The position numbers were made by a program, and so were the translations under genes. Shown here in pieces: positions 8,974-18,883 of a stretch of DNA of 32,067 bases. The stretch lies in IMG/VR virus record IMGVR_UViG_3300017912_000811, positions 1-32,067 of that record; one strand, written 5' to 3'. Below the pieces are notes generated by a model. That model had not been told where the DNA came from. It ran no database searches and saw nothing but the letters and a program-made list of their open reading frames with translations. The stretch's first letter is position 1. The number at the start of each line of letters is the position of its first letter. Source of the DNA: a virus. Taxonomy: Duplodnaviria; Caudoviricetes.

Positions 8974-9248
8974 TGGCTCAGTATCCTATATTACCATTTG
9001 CTCTTACAAATGATGATCTAATTCAAATGTACAATGAAGTACAAAACTGGGGAAATATTTTAATACAGGAGTTAAATAATAGAGATGTTGAATTGGATTC
9101 AAGACAGTCTACAACATTTCGTACAGTAGTAACAGTGACAAGTTTAGGTCGTCCACAAAAAGGTGACATAGCATATTCAACAAGCTCTGGAAAGTTTAGA
9201 GGATATGTAAGTTTAGGTGTAGAAACTTCATGGCAGGATTTAAATTAA
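8973..9248 (+). CDS. Hypothetical virion-associated protein
   Basis: GTG start overlapping the previous TAG; GGAG RBS; GDIAY...FRGY...W tail-like motif. Confidence 0.7.
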   Translation: MAQYPILPFALTNDDLIQMYNEVQNWGNILIQELNNRDVELDSRQSTTFRTVVTVTSLGRPQKGDIAYSTSSGKFRGYVSLGVETSWQDLN

Positions 9249-9433
9249 TGAAGAGTATGAAGGAACATTTTGATCTTGTGAATAACAGCACCCTGATTGG
9301 TAATATGAATACTGGACAGGCTGTAGATCCAAATCGTTTTCGTCTTGATCAGAAGATAGAGCAGTTTGGAAAGATTAAGAACATGAACTATAATAACATG
9401 ATGGCTAATCCTTTTGAAAGTAAATTAAAATGA
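9248..9433 (+). CDS. Hypothetical protein (start more likely 9248 than 9230)
   Basis: TAATG overlap at 9246-9250 and ATGA overlap with the next ORF. Confidence 0.6.
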   Translation: MKSMKEHFDLVNNSTLIGNMNTGQAVDPNRFRLDQKIEQFGKIKNMNYNNMMANPFESKLK

Positions 9434-10050
9434 ATGAACAACTGAGAGAAATGTTAAAGCTATCAGGGCTTAATAAGCTTGCTCAAAATGCAGGTATTAC
9501 TCTTGAAGAGTTTCAACAAGCCCAACAATTAATAGCTCCTTCTACTATGCCTACACCAATGACACCTCAAATGCCTGAACAAGAGATGTTACCAGCTAAT
9601 CAAAGACCTATGAATGTAAGACCATCAGATCCACAACGTATGGCTAACTTACAAAATATAAAACAAGCTTTGAATACTGAGAGTCCTTTAGATAATATAG
9701 CTATGATGCGTATGCAAGAGCAACAGCCTACAGTACAGGCTAAAGCTGGCACAGAAGGAATGACAGTAAGCTTTGGTAATGGTATGGTTCCGGGTGAAGG
9801 ACATGGTATGCAAGATAATGTGCAGATGCCAATTATTCAGAATGGTGATCAGGTAGCAACTCTTGCAGTAAGTCCAGATGAATATATTGTAGATGCACAC
9901 ACAATGGCTGCATTAGGTAATGGAAGTGCAGACGCAGGTGCAGATGTAATGGACAAAGTAGTAAAAGAAATTAGAAAGAAAGCTTATGGAACAGATAAGC
10001 AACCTAATGAGATTAATGGATTAGCATCACTAAGAGCAGCAATAGGATAG
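9430..10050 (+). CDS. Putative internal virion protein
   Basis: Q/P/M-rich N-terminus; C-terminal GMVPGEGHGMQDNV...PDEYIV...GNGS domain often seen in podovirus-like structural modules. Confidence 0.6.
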   Translation: MNEQLREMLKLSGLNKLAQNAGITLEEFQQAQQLIAPSTMPTPMTPQMPEQEMLPANQRPMNVRPSDPQRMANLQNIKQALNTESPLDNIAMMRMQEQQPTVQAKAGTEGMTVSFGNGMVPGEGHGMQDNVQMPIIQNGDQVATLAVSPDEYIVDAHTMAALGNGSADAGADVMDKVVKEIRKKAYGTDKQPNEINGLASLRAAIG

Positions 10051-10059
10051 GTACATAAA

Positions 10060-12246
10060 ATGGGTATGTTTGATTTTCTTTTTGGTAAACCACAGACAAC
10101 TACAACTCAAAAAGTTGTTGGCGAACTTTCTCCTGAATTAGCACCGTATGCAAAAGAGATTTTAAAAGAAGCTCAAGATATTTTTGCTAAACGTAAAGAA
10201 GAAGGTTATCAACCTTATGAAGGACAAACCGTTGCTGAGTTTGATCCTGATGAGCTTGCTGCTTTTGAAAAATTAAAAGGACTTGTTGGAGTTCAAACTC
10301 CATATCTAGAAGATTATGAAGCTGCATTAGGTGAATATGGTGGATCTTTAGATGAGTTTAGAAAATCTATAGAAGGCATTGAAACTGATATGACGGCTGA
10401 AGGACTTAAAGAATATATGAGTCCTTATCAACAAGCAGTTGTAGATGTACAAAAAAGAAAAGCTCAAGAAGACTTTGCTCAAAGAATTATGCCTGAGTTT
10501 GAGAAACAGGCTATATCTGCTGGAGGTATGTCTGGTCTTGGTAGTCGTGCTGGTGTACAAGCTGCTCTTCTTGGTACAGGTCAAGCACAAACACTTGCAG
10601 ATATACAAGCTGTTGGTTCTCAAAAAGCTTATGAAGATGCTGTTAAACAATTTAGATATTCTCAAGATGCTGCTCGTCAAAAAGCTGGTGATATTCTAGG
10701 TGCGGAACAAGCAAGGCTTGGTGCTGCTGAAGATAGAAGAGGACTAGGACTACAAAAATTTAATGTAGGTCTTGCTGAAGCTGGTTTATTAAGTGATATA
10801 GGACAGCAAAGAAGACAAAGAGCACAAACACTTCTTGATGAAGCTTATGCTCGTGAATTAGAAAAGAGGGAGTTTTTGCCTACTGAACTTGCTAAGTATC
10901 AAGGTTTTGTATATGGTAGTCCTTTTACACAAGCTATTGGTAAAACACAAACAACATCTACTCCTAGAGTTCCTATTGGTCAACAGTTATTAAGTGCTGG
11001 TTTAACTGGATTAAATATATATGGTCAAGCTACAAGTAAAGATCCTTTTAGTGCTGCTTATGGTGGTATTAAAAGTTTTTTAACTAGAAAAGAAGGTGGT
11101 GGTTTAAATAAAGGGTTAAGTGGTTTACCTGTAGTTAAAAGACAAACTCCCGGATCAGTTAGATCAGGATTAACATTTGGCTCTCCTATTCTTAGAACAA
11201 AGAAACAAGAAGAAGACAGACTTAAAAAAATTATGGGTATTCAAAAAGAAACAGGTGAAAAACAAGTTGCAAGTTTAACTAATTTATTAGCTAAACAAAA
11301 ACAAAGACAACAGAAAAGTGCTGCTTTGCGTCAAGCTTTATTAGATAAGTATGCTAAAGAACGTAAACCTACTATGACTACTGGAGAGATGCTTGCAAAA
11401 CCTTTAGCGGCTGCAAGTAAAGCTGCATTAGAAACTAAGAATGTAGGTTTAATTGGAGCATTAGGTGCTGCTGGTGGGGCAGCTATGGATGTCTATGCTG
11501 ATGTTCGTTCTGATTTAAATAAAGAACAACGTAAGTATATGGATTTAAAACTTAAAGAAGATCAATTAGAAATTGAGACTGCGAATGCTGAAGCTACAAA
11601 AACTGAAGAAAGAGAGCAAGAAATAGAAAAAGAGAAAATAAAAAATAACCAACAAATAAAAACTTTAGAAGCAAATTTAGATAAAAATGCAACAGATGAA
11701 GTTAATAAGAATATAGACAAGATCACTGATATTGCACAAAAACAATCTAAGATAGAACTTAATCTTGCTGAAGCAGCCACTAAAGGAAATACAATTGATA
11801 AAGCTAAAGCTTTTAATAGTGCTTATAAAGATGCTATAAATATAGCATTAACAAAACATGGTTATGTTCTTGATGAAAAAGGTGGACTTGCTGTTGCGGC
11901 TGGTGGTAAACAATTAAAAAAAGGATCTCCTGCATATAATGCTATGTTGCGTGATTATGAAAAAGCTGCTACTACATTTTTAAATTTATATGGTAAAAAT
12001 CCAAGTTATACAGGACAAGCTAAAGCATTGTTAGGATCACTACAAGCTGTTTTAGGAAATGCAACATCACAACAAAAATCAAAACAAACATCCTCAATAG
12101 CTAGCTTAAAACAAAATCCTAACTTTAACGCATTAATAGGAAAAGCAAAAGAAATTGGAAAAGGAGATGATCAAAATAAACTAATAAAAAAAATAGCTAA
12201 AACATATGGTTTAAAAGAAATACAAGTTATAAACTTAGTAAAGTAA
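10060..12246 (+). CDS. Putative internal virion / DNA ejection protein
   Basis: 728 aa, A/G/Q/K-rich helical and coiled-coil; YMSPYQQAVVD and GGMSGLGSRAGV motifs; position in the structural arm. Confidence 0.65.
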   Translation: MGMFDFLFGKPQTTTTQKVVGELSPELAPYAKEILKEAQDIFAKRKEEGYQPYEGQTVAEFDPDELAAFEKLKGLVGVQTPYLEDYEAALGEYGGSLDEFRKSIEGIETDMTAEGLKEYMSPYQQAVVDVQKRKAQEDFAQRIMPEFEKQAISAGGMSGLGSRAGVQAALLGTGQAQTLADIQAVGSQKAYEDAVKQFRYSQDAARQKAGDILGAEQARLGAAEDRRGLGLQKFNVGLAEAGLLSDIGQQRRQRAQTLLDEAYARELEKREFLPTELAKYQGFVYGSPFTQAIGKTQTTSTPRVPIGQQLLSAGLTGLNIYGQATSKDPFSAAYGGIKSFLTRKEGGGLNKGLSGLPVVKRQTPGSVRSGLTFGSPILRTKKQEEDRLKKIMGIQKETGEKQVASLTNLLAKQKQRQQKSAALRQALLDKYAKERKPTMTTGEMLAKPLAAASKAALETKNVGLIGALGAAGGAAMDVYADVRSDLNKEQRKYMDLKLKEDQLEIETANAEATKTEEREQEIEKEKIKNNQQIKTLEANLDKNATDEVNKNIDKITDIAQKQSKIELNLAEAATKGNTIDKAKAFNSAYKDAINIALTKHGYVLDEKGGLAVAAGGKQLKKGSPAYNAMLRDYEKAATTFLNLYGKNPSYTGQAKALLGSLQAVLGNATSQQKSKQTSSIASLKQNPNFNALIGKAKEIGKGDDQNKLIKKIAKTYGLKEIQVINLVK

Positions 12247-12253
12247 TAAAAAT

Positions 12254-15200
12254 ATGGCTACAGCAATACAATCAGAAAATGATTTATTAAAAGAGTATGG
12301 TCTAACTCCAACTGAAACTATTTCAGAAAATGAATCTAGATCTTCAGTACAATCAGAAGATGATTTATTAAAAGAGTATGGTCTAACTTCTGATGCTATT
12401 ATTCCTGTTCCACAAAATGTTCTTGATCCTAACTATCAAGAAAAAACTTTAGAGCAACAAATAAAAGAACAACGGGAAGCAAAAGCTAGACAGTTAGCTG
12501 TTGAAGAAGAGGCTATGCAAAAAGGAGCCACATTAGAAGAAGCTCGTCTAGCTGGACAACAACAAGTTCCAGAAGCAGCCTCACTAACTAGAGAGCTAGA
12601 AGAAACTTATAAAAAAGTAGAAGATCCTGAAGAAACATTTGCAAAAGAAACTGATATACCTACGTTACAATTAGAAGAGCAAGAACGTGGTAGAAGACTA
12701 TTAACTGAAGTAACCACTGATCCTATAAAAGCTGCTACTAATGTAGTAGGCACAACTGCTGATACTTTAAATGCATTAACAGCAGGAAATATTGTATTTG
12801 ATAGTATTAGAAATTTAGGAAAGCAAGGTGATGTCCTTGTAAGCGATCTCTTAAAAGATTTAAAAAATAAATTTCCAGCACAGTCAGAAGCTATAGAAGA
12901 AGCTATTCAAAAATATAAAGATAAAAAATTACCTGCAACTTCTTGGGAAGGCGCAGTAGCAGGTATTGTTCCTGCTTTAATTGGTGGTACTGCTGGATTT
13001 AAAATTGCTGATAAACTATTACAACCTGTAGAAAAAACTAAAGTTTTATCAAAAGGTATGAGAGCAGCTAAAGTAATATCTGGTGGAGGAACTGGTGCTG
13101 TAGTTGCTGATGTCTTAACAAGAGACGATGACGAGTTAATTTTAAAAGATATAATTGCAGAGTTACCTGAAGTTGCTAAAGCAGTTGAGACTGGTGATCT
13201 TACTGACTTTAATATTTTTGAAAAAGGTGTATTAAAATATTTAAATATTGTTGAAAAATTTACACCAAAAGAAGTAGTTGATTATTATAAAGAGTTGTCT
13301 ATAAACCCTGATGATCCTGATTTATTAAAACGTGGTAAGCAAATAGTTGATGCTTTAGGTGGTGCTGTTGTAAGTGGTCCTATCAATGCAACTTTTATTT
13401 TAGGGTCTATTTTAAAAGCTAGTGTAAGTAAAGGATTAGCTAAAATACGAGGAAAAAGAAAAGCAATTCAAGAGGGAGAAGTTACAAAAGAAACACCTGC
13501 AAGTGAAAACGCTGCTGTTATTTCTACTGAAGTTATTGAAGAAGTTCCTGATGCTGGTCTACAAAGAATGTTAAATAGAACCGACATTAATAAAAAAGGT
13601 GACGATGCTATTGTAACAAAAATTTTACAGAAAGAAGATGAAGTAGTACCTACTGAAACAGGAGCAGTAAATAAAAGATTACCAGTAGATGAATCACCAC
13701 GAGTAGGCTTAGAGAGAGCCGTAAAAGCAGACGAGATTGAATCTGAATATTCTCAAAGAAGTGTTGTTAAAGAAATTATTGGTAAAGTAAATACTTCTCT
13801 TGGTAAACATTTATCAACAGATTTACCAAAAGAAATTAAAGCTTACTTTAATAAATACAAACAAACTCAAAAGGGTAGAGATACTCGTGCTACTGCATTT
13901 AAAAAGAAAACTAGAGATTTAATAAATAAAGTAAAAGCTGAATCTAAAAAAGAAAATGTTGATAAAGATGATCTTCTTGCAGATATAAATTATTATGGAC
14001 AAGCTTCTTTACTACCTAGAACTTACGATGAAAAAAGTTTTTTAGAATTTCTTGATACGCCTCTTGGTAAAGCAGCTTTCAATAAAGTATCTCAAAATCT
14101 AAGTTCAGATTATACTTTACCTTCTTTACATAGAACTATGCTAGACGAAGTTGATAATTCAGCAGCTAAGTTACCTGCTACAATAGTAGATGACATAGAT
14201 GAAATGAATAGTCTTGTATTTGCAAATGAAAAGAATATTAATGATCAATTAGGTTTGAGTGGTAAGGGACAATTAGGTTTTGGTTTTAAACAAGATGGTG
14301 AAATATATTTGACACGATCTTTCCTTGCTGTTGATAACCCAAAATATTTAAAAGAAATTCAAAAATACTTAAAAGGAGATGAAGTCACTACTGAAACAAG
14401 AGTGGCTGTAGATAATTCAAGACAAGACTTTTCTCAGTCTATATTTAAAAGACGTTATGAAAATTTAGATAGCGATCAGAAAGCTCAGATAGATGGAATA
14501 GTAAGAGATGCTATTGCTCATCTTAATAGAAAAAGAGCAGGTGATTTTTCAGTGTCTGAACTATTTGATACTATAGGTAACACTAAAGGAATAGCAGGTC
14601 TTGGTGAAAAAGTTTTACGTGGTAGAAAAGATTTATCTCCTGCTTTAAGAAATTTATTTAAAGAAGATATTAACTATTTATCTAGATTAGAAACATCTTT
14701 AGTAAATCAAAGCAGAGTTATGGGTGCTCTAGATTTAGTTTCAGATTTAAAAACTTTTACTAAAAATAATTTAGATAAAGAATTTAATATGGGAGGTCTA
14801 TTTAAATCTTTATTAAATAGAAACTTTGCAAGACAAGCTCGTATTACAAAAGGTGGATCTAGAGAAGAAAAAGATAGATTACAAACATTTGCTTCTTATA
14901 ACGATATTAAAGGAATGCCTAATGCTTTTAAACAAATTGAAAAAAGAGTACTAGGTTCTTTAGGTGGACAAAATCGTGTTAGTGAATTAGATAAATTAGC
15001 TATTTCTAAAGAATTTGGAGATTCTATTATTAATGCTTTAGATTCTCAAGCATTTAATACTAGCAACTATTTATTTGAAATGTTTAGAAAGTTGACTGGT
15101 ATAGGGCAAATGAGTCAAACTGTTTTAGATCATGGTGCTTATCTAATTAATACATTAGGTGGCATACAAAGTATGGTTGCGAATGCATATGTATTTGAAC

Positions 15201-17053
15201 CTGCTATGTATAAAGCAGCGATTGGTTCTACAGTAAGATTATTTCAAGGTTTAAAAAATAGAGACAGTAAAACTTTAAATTACTTTGCTAAGTTAAGAGA
15301 GCAAGGTGTATTAGATACAGATCCTATAGCTGAAAACACAATGGATCTTGTAAGACTAAGCGAAGATCCTAGAAAATTAGGGACGATGGCAGATAGGGCG
15401 GCTGTAAGAATAAATAAAGGTTCTCAAACTTTAGGAGAAGCTTATGGTTCTATTGATAATTATTTTAAAACTTTAGCACATCAATCTGAAATGGCAAGGA
15501 CTAAAAGAGCTTATCCTTTTAAATATGTAAAACAACAAGAGGGTTATAAAAATCTTTCTGCATCTGAAGCAAGAAAAAAATATGATGATTTTGTTTTTAA
15601 AAATGCTTCAGATGAAGTAAAAGCTAAAATGTATAACTATGGTGAAGTAGGTCAAACAATTAAAGGTATTTCAAGAACTCCATTTATAGGAAACTTTGTT
15701 TTATTTCCAGCAGAAACAATACGTGTTTATCCTAATATGGCTAGAATATATTCTAAAAATATGTTGCAAGGTATGGGTATAATTCTAGATGAGTTTGGTA
15801 ATAGACGAGTTAATCCTTATTTAGCAGCTACAGGTTTAGTTGGAATTGGATCATTACTTGGAAGTACAAAAGGTGTAGATGTAGCAATAGATTATAAAAA
15901 TAGTAAATTAGAAAATGATTTTGGAGAAACTGTAGGTGTTCCAAAAGAAAATACACGAGCATTAGATCTATCTGGTAGAGGATTTAATTCTGATTATAAA
16001 CGAGTACATATGCAAGCTCCACAACAGCAAGCTGATGGTCGTATTATAGGTAAATATGTGGCAAGCACTTTATTTGATCAACCAACTCTTGTTAAAAATC
16101 TTATAAAAGAAATTACTGCATTAGCCTTAGATGGTAAAGAAATGCCAGATGTAGAACTATCTACTAAATTACAATCTATTTGGAATAGTGGACCATCACA
16201 ATTTACTTCTCCTACATTTCTTACAGGTGCTATAATACAATCAGTATTTGATAAAAATTTAAATGGTGATCCTTCATTTTTATATAAAAATACAGATAGT
16301 ATTTGGGAAAAAATTTCTACAGGACTTTTAAATGTTGTTGAAAAGATTGCTCCAGATGGTGTTAAAAAAACAAGGGACTATTTAGATGCTCTTGATGCTG
16401 AAGAAGTTGCTGATATTGTAAACAAAACTGCTGTAAATTCTTATGGTTATCCTGTTGACTCTGGAGATATAGAGTTTTGGGCATATACAGGAATGAAACC
16501 AAGGACATATGATTATGGTAAAACAGTTGCATCTGATATGTTTAAAACAATTAGAAGTTTAACTGACACAGTAAGTGATTTTAAGAAAGAGATAGATAGT
16601 ATTAAACCACAACCTTATAATGAAGATTTACAAAATAAAATTGTAAATGAATATAGAAAATTGCAGAAGTATAAATTAGATAAAATGAAAGAATTAGCTG
16701 AGAAGGCTCATATCTATTCTCAATTTCAATATACAGATTCTGATGGTAAGACAAAAACAGAAGAAGGTAATCCAATAACATTTGGACAAGATAGAATTAT
16801 TGAAGAATTAATGTTGTATAACAAAGTATTTTCTCCACGGATGTTACCCCTTGAATTATATCTGGCTCAAGAAAGTATTAAAAATTTACAAGGTGGTACT
16901 TTTATTCCTGATTATCCAGAAACAGACACTTCATTTATTGAAAGTCTGACAAGAAAAAATATACCTACTGATAAATTACTTCAAGCATTAGCAAATGTTA
17001 GAAAAGAATTTGAAGGTCAATCTTTATTTCCAGTAAAGCAAGGAGAAGAATAA
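12254..17053 (+). CDS. Large putative internal virion (ejectosome-like) protein
   Basis: 1599 aa, mostly helical, last large gene before lysis genes; no catalytic motif recognised. Confidence 0.65.
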   Translation: MATAIQSENDLLKEYGLTPTETISENESRSSVQSEDDLLKEYGLTSDAIIPVPQNVLDPNYQEKTLEQQIKEQREAKARQLAVEEEAMQKGATLEEARLAGQQQVPEAASLTRELEETYKKVEDPEETFAKETDIPTLQLEEQERGRRLLTEVTTDPIKAATNVVGTTADTLNALTAGNIVFDSIRNLGKQGDVLVSDLLKDLKNKFPAQSEAIEEAIQKYKDKKLPATSWEGAVAGIVPALIGGTAGFKIADKLLQPVEKTKVLSKGMRAAKVISGGGTGAVVADVLTRDDDELILKDIIAELPEVAKAVETGDLTDFNIFEKGVLKYLNIVEKFTPKEVVDYYKELSINPDDPDLLKRGKQIVDALGGAVVSGPINATFILGSILKASVSKGLAKIRGKRKAIQEGEVTKETPASENAAVISTEVIEEVPDAGLQRMLNRTDINKKGDDAIVTKILQKEDEVVPTETGAVNKRLPVDESPRVGLERAVKADEIESEYSQRSVVKEIIGKVNTSLGKHLSTDLPKEIKAYFNKYKQTQKGRDTRATAFKKKTRDLINKVKAESKKENVDKDDLLADINYYGQASLLPRTYDEKSFLEFLDTPLGKAAFNKVSQNLSSDYTLPSLHRTMLDEVDNSAAKLPATIVDDIDEMNSLVFANEKNINDQLGLSGKGQLGFGFKQDGEIYLTRSFLAVDNPKYLKEIQKYLKGDEVTTETRVAVDNSRQDFSQSIFKRRYENLDSDQKAQIDGIVRDAIAHLNRKRAGDFSVSELFDTIGNTKGIAGLGEKVLRGRKDLSPALRNLFKEDINYLSRLETSLVNQSRVMGALDLVSDLKTFTKNNLDKEFNMGGLFKSLLNRNFARQARITKGGSREEKDRLQTFASYNDIKGMPNAFKQIEKRVLGSLGGQNRVSELDKLAISKEFGDSIINALDSQAFNTSNYLFEMFRKLTGIGQMSQTVLDHGAYLINTLGGIQSMVANAYVFEPAMYKAAIGSTVRLFQGLKNRDSKTLNYFAKLREQGVLDTDPIAENTMDLVRLSEDPRKLGTMADRAAVRINKGSQTLGEAYGSIDNYFKTLAHQSEMARTKRAYPFKYVKQQEGYKNLSASEARKKYDDFVFKNASDEVKAKMYNYGEVGQTIKGISRTPFIGNFVLFPAETIRVYPNMARIYSKNMLQGMGIILDEFGNRRVNPYLAATGLVGIGSLLGSTKGVDVAIDYKNSKLENDFGETVGVPKENTRALDLSGRGFNSDYKRVHMQAPQQQADGRIIGKYVASTLFDQPTLVKNLIKEITALALDGKEMPDVELSTKLQSIWNSGPSQFTSPTFLTGAIIQSVFDKNLNGDPSFLYKNTDSIWEKISTGLLNVVEKIAPDGVKKTRDYLDALDAEEVADIVNKTAVNSYGYPVDSGDIEFWAYTGMKPRTYDYGKTVASDMFKTIRSLTDTVSDFKKEIDSIKPQPYNEDLQNKIVNEYRKLQKYKLDKMKELAEKAHIYSQFQYTDSDGKTKTEEGNPITFGQDRIIEELMLYNKVFSPRMLPLELYLAQESIKNLQGGTFIPDYPETDTSFIESLTRKNIPTDKLLQALANVRKEFEGQSLFPVKQGEE
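12267..12388 (+). repeat. 41-bp direct repeat (12267-12307 and 12348-12388, 1 mismatch) encoding QSE(N/D)DLLKEYGLT
   Basis: TACAATCAGAA(A/G)ATGATTTATTAAAAGAGTATGGTCTAACT twice, 81 bp apart. Confidence 0.95.
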
Positions 17054-17298
17054 TGCCAGAAAGCGCAATGATATGGAACTTAATACTTAGCGGCTTTGCT
17101 GGCGCAGTAGTGTGGTGGATACGTGGTGTAAATACAAAGCTTGAAGATGCTCGTGTACTTATAAGTAAAACACGAGAAGAGTTTGCTAAAGAGTATGCAC
17201 GTAGAGATGAAGTAGAACGAGACATGGAAAAGTTAATGGATCGTTTTGATAAACTAGAAACTAAATTAGATAACATGATAGAAAGGATTACTAAGTAA
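17053..17298 (+). CDS. Membrane protein with one N-terminal TM and coiled coil (holin-like/lysis accessory)
   Basis: IWNLILSGFAGAVVWWI hydrophobic segment, C-terminal heptads, directly upstream of the endolysin; AGGAG RBS. Confidence 0.6.
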   Translation: MPESAMIWNLILSGFAGAVVWWIRGVNTKLEDARVLISKTREEFAKEYARRDEVERDMEKLMDRFDKLETKLDNMIERITK

Positions 17299-17299
17299 G

Positions 17300-17686
17300 A
17301 TGTCAATAGATTGGGTATACTTTACCGAAAAAGAAATGCAGTGCAGAGGTACTGGTGAGTGCAACATGGATGAACAGTTCATGGAAAAATTAATTGATCT
17401 AAGAGAAGACTACAACAAGCCAATGATTATTACATCTGGTTATCGTAGTCAAGCACATAACAGTGCAGTAGGTGGGTCTCCTAACTCAGCACATGTACAT
17501 GGTAGAGCAGTAGACATATTAGTATCTGGTAATGAAGCATATGATATTTTATCTCTAGCTTTTAAACATGGTTTTACAGGCATAGGTGTAGCTCAACGTG
17601 GAGCACATAATAAAAGGTTTATTCATATAGATGATATGGATGACTCAGATCGTAGTCCTAGACCTACAGTGTGGAGCTATAAGTAA
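17300..17686 (+). CDS. Peptidase M15A family endolysin (Zn D-Ala-D-Ala peptidase fold)
   Basis: ITSGYR...HNSAVGG..NSAH..GRAVD...FIHID zinc-ligand motifs. Confidence 0.9.
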   Translation: MSIDWVYFTEKEMQCRGTGECNMDEQFMEKLIDLREDYNKPMIITSGYRSQAHNSAVGGSPNSAHVHGRAVDILVSGNEAYDILSLAFKHGFTGIGVAQRGAHNKRFIHIDDMDDSDRSPRPTVWSYK

Positions 17687-17913
17687 TGGAGCCTGTGCAT
17701 ACACATATTATAGGCATAAGTACAGTTCCTATAGAAGTGTATACACGACATACAATACAATCTGGTGGAGATGATCTTACTTATATAACACGTAAGTATA
17801 CAATAGATGGTCCTGTTGTTAGAGTATCTGAGTCCTCCACCACATTATATGATAGATATGGTCAAGAAGTAGAAGTTGGTAAGTCTAATAGTACTAAAGA
17901 GATATTTGTATGA
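17686..17913 (+). CDS. Hypothetical protein
   Basis: TAATG-coupled 75-aa ORF; YDRYG motif. Confidence 0.6.
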   Translation: MEPVHTHIIGISTVPIEVYTRHTIQSGGDDLTYITRKYTIDGPVVRVSESSTTLYDRYGQEVEVGKSNSTKEIFV

Positions 17914-17936
17914 GTTGATAGATTACGGGGGTAATT

Positions 17937-18413
17937 TTGGTTGATCCAGTCACAGTTATTAGTGGCATAGCTTTAGCTAATAAAGCATTTAAAGAAGTAA
18001 AACAACTTCTTCAGAATGGTAGAACAGTTGCAGATTGTGGTAAGCAGCTAACTGATTGGGCTAAAGGTTGTTCGCAAGTACAAGAAGAAAACAATAGAAC
18101 AAAACTCATGGGCAGTTCTAGTTCTGAGACTGCTATGAAACGTCTATTACATACTCAGACTGTGCAAAGACAACGAGAAGAACTTCGTGAGTTTATGCAA
18201 CTCTATGGAACTCCGGGAAGTTGGCAACAATTTCTAGCTTTAGAAAGAGAAGCAAGACTTGAACTCAAGAAAGCAAAAGAAGATGCAGCAAAGAAACAAG
18301 CTAAGAGATTAGAAACAATTAAGAATGTTGGATTAGCTGCGCTGATAACTGTATTTGTTGGAATAATCATAACAATAGGCACAGTTGTCTATCTAAATAT
18401 ACCTACAGAATAG
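17937..18413 (+). CDS. Hypothetical coiled-coil protein with C-terminal TM helix
   Basis: TTG start after a GGGGG RBS; MVDPVT N-terminus; C-terminal VGLAALITVFVGIIITIGTVVYL. Confidence 0.75.
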   Translation: MVDPVTVISGIALANKAFKEVKQLLQNGRTVADCGKQLTDWAKGCSQVQEENNRTKLMGSSSSETAMKRLLHTQTVQRQREELREFMQLYGTPGSWQQFLALEREARLELKKAKEDAAKKQAKRLETIKNVGLAALITVFVGIIITIGTVVYLNIPTE

Positions 18414-18422
18414 GAGATTATT

Positions 18423-18665
18423 ATGAGTGAAGAAAAGAAAGAAGACATGATCCCTGATAAGCAAGCCTATCAAGTAAATCGTAGGCGTATGTGTTGGGTT
18501 GTTTTAGCAATGTTGTTTGTTATTACGATTGCTATACTAGGATGGCCTGAAAGATATGAGAAAACATCTGTACTTGAGATGGCATATCTAGCTTTATCTG
18601 GTTTGGTTGCAGCCTACTTTGGTGCGACTGCATTTCAGAATGCTAAACTAGGATCAAAAAGGTGA
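18423..18665 (+). CDS. Two-TM membrane protein (holin-like)
   Basis: TAGGAG RBS; NRRRM followed by two hydrophobic helices; basic C-terminus. Confidence 0.7.
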   Translation: MSEEKKEDMIPDKQAYQVNRRRMCWVVLAMLFVITIAILGWPERYEKTSVLEMAYLALSGLVAAYFGATAFQNAKLGSKR

Positions 18666-18735
18666 AATCAATTCTAAGGGGGTATAGCTAACCATACAGA
18701 GCGTTCTCTACCTCTCTGGTAGGTTGGTAAACTAA

Positions 18736-18781
18736 AGGGGCAAGATGGCTACTCAGTGGTCAGCTTTGCCCCTCTTTTTTT
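18736..18781 (+). terminator. Intrinsic terminator at the convergence of the two arms (possibly bidirectional)
   Basis: AGGGGCAA(18736-18743)...TTGCCCCT(18766-18773) stem with inner TGGCTAC/GTGGTCA pairing, then C and a 7-T run; the minus strand has TTAGTTT after the stem. Confidence 0.8.
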
Positions 18782-18883
18782 CTTAGATGACAGTCTTTTT
18801 AACATATATAGTGCTGCTTTCTTATATGTAGTGATAATAACTATCTTACCCTCAGAATCATATACCTTCCATTTCCTTGTCAT
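18749..18883 (-). CDS. 44-aa basic hypothetical protein (not in ORF track)
   Basis: MTRKWKVYDSEGKIVIITTYKKAALYMLKRLSSKKKRGAKLTTE*; overlaps the TerS 3' end and fills the gap to the terminator; weak RBS. Confidence 0.5.
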   Translation of the reverse strand: MTRKWKVYDSEGKIVIITTYKKAALYMLKRLSSKKKRGAKLTTE

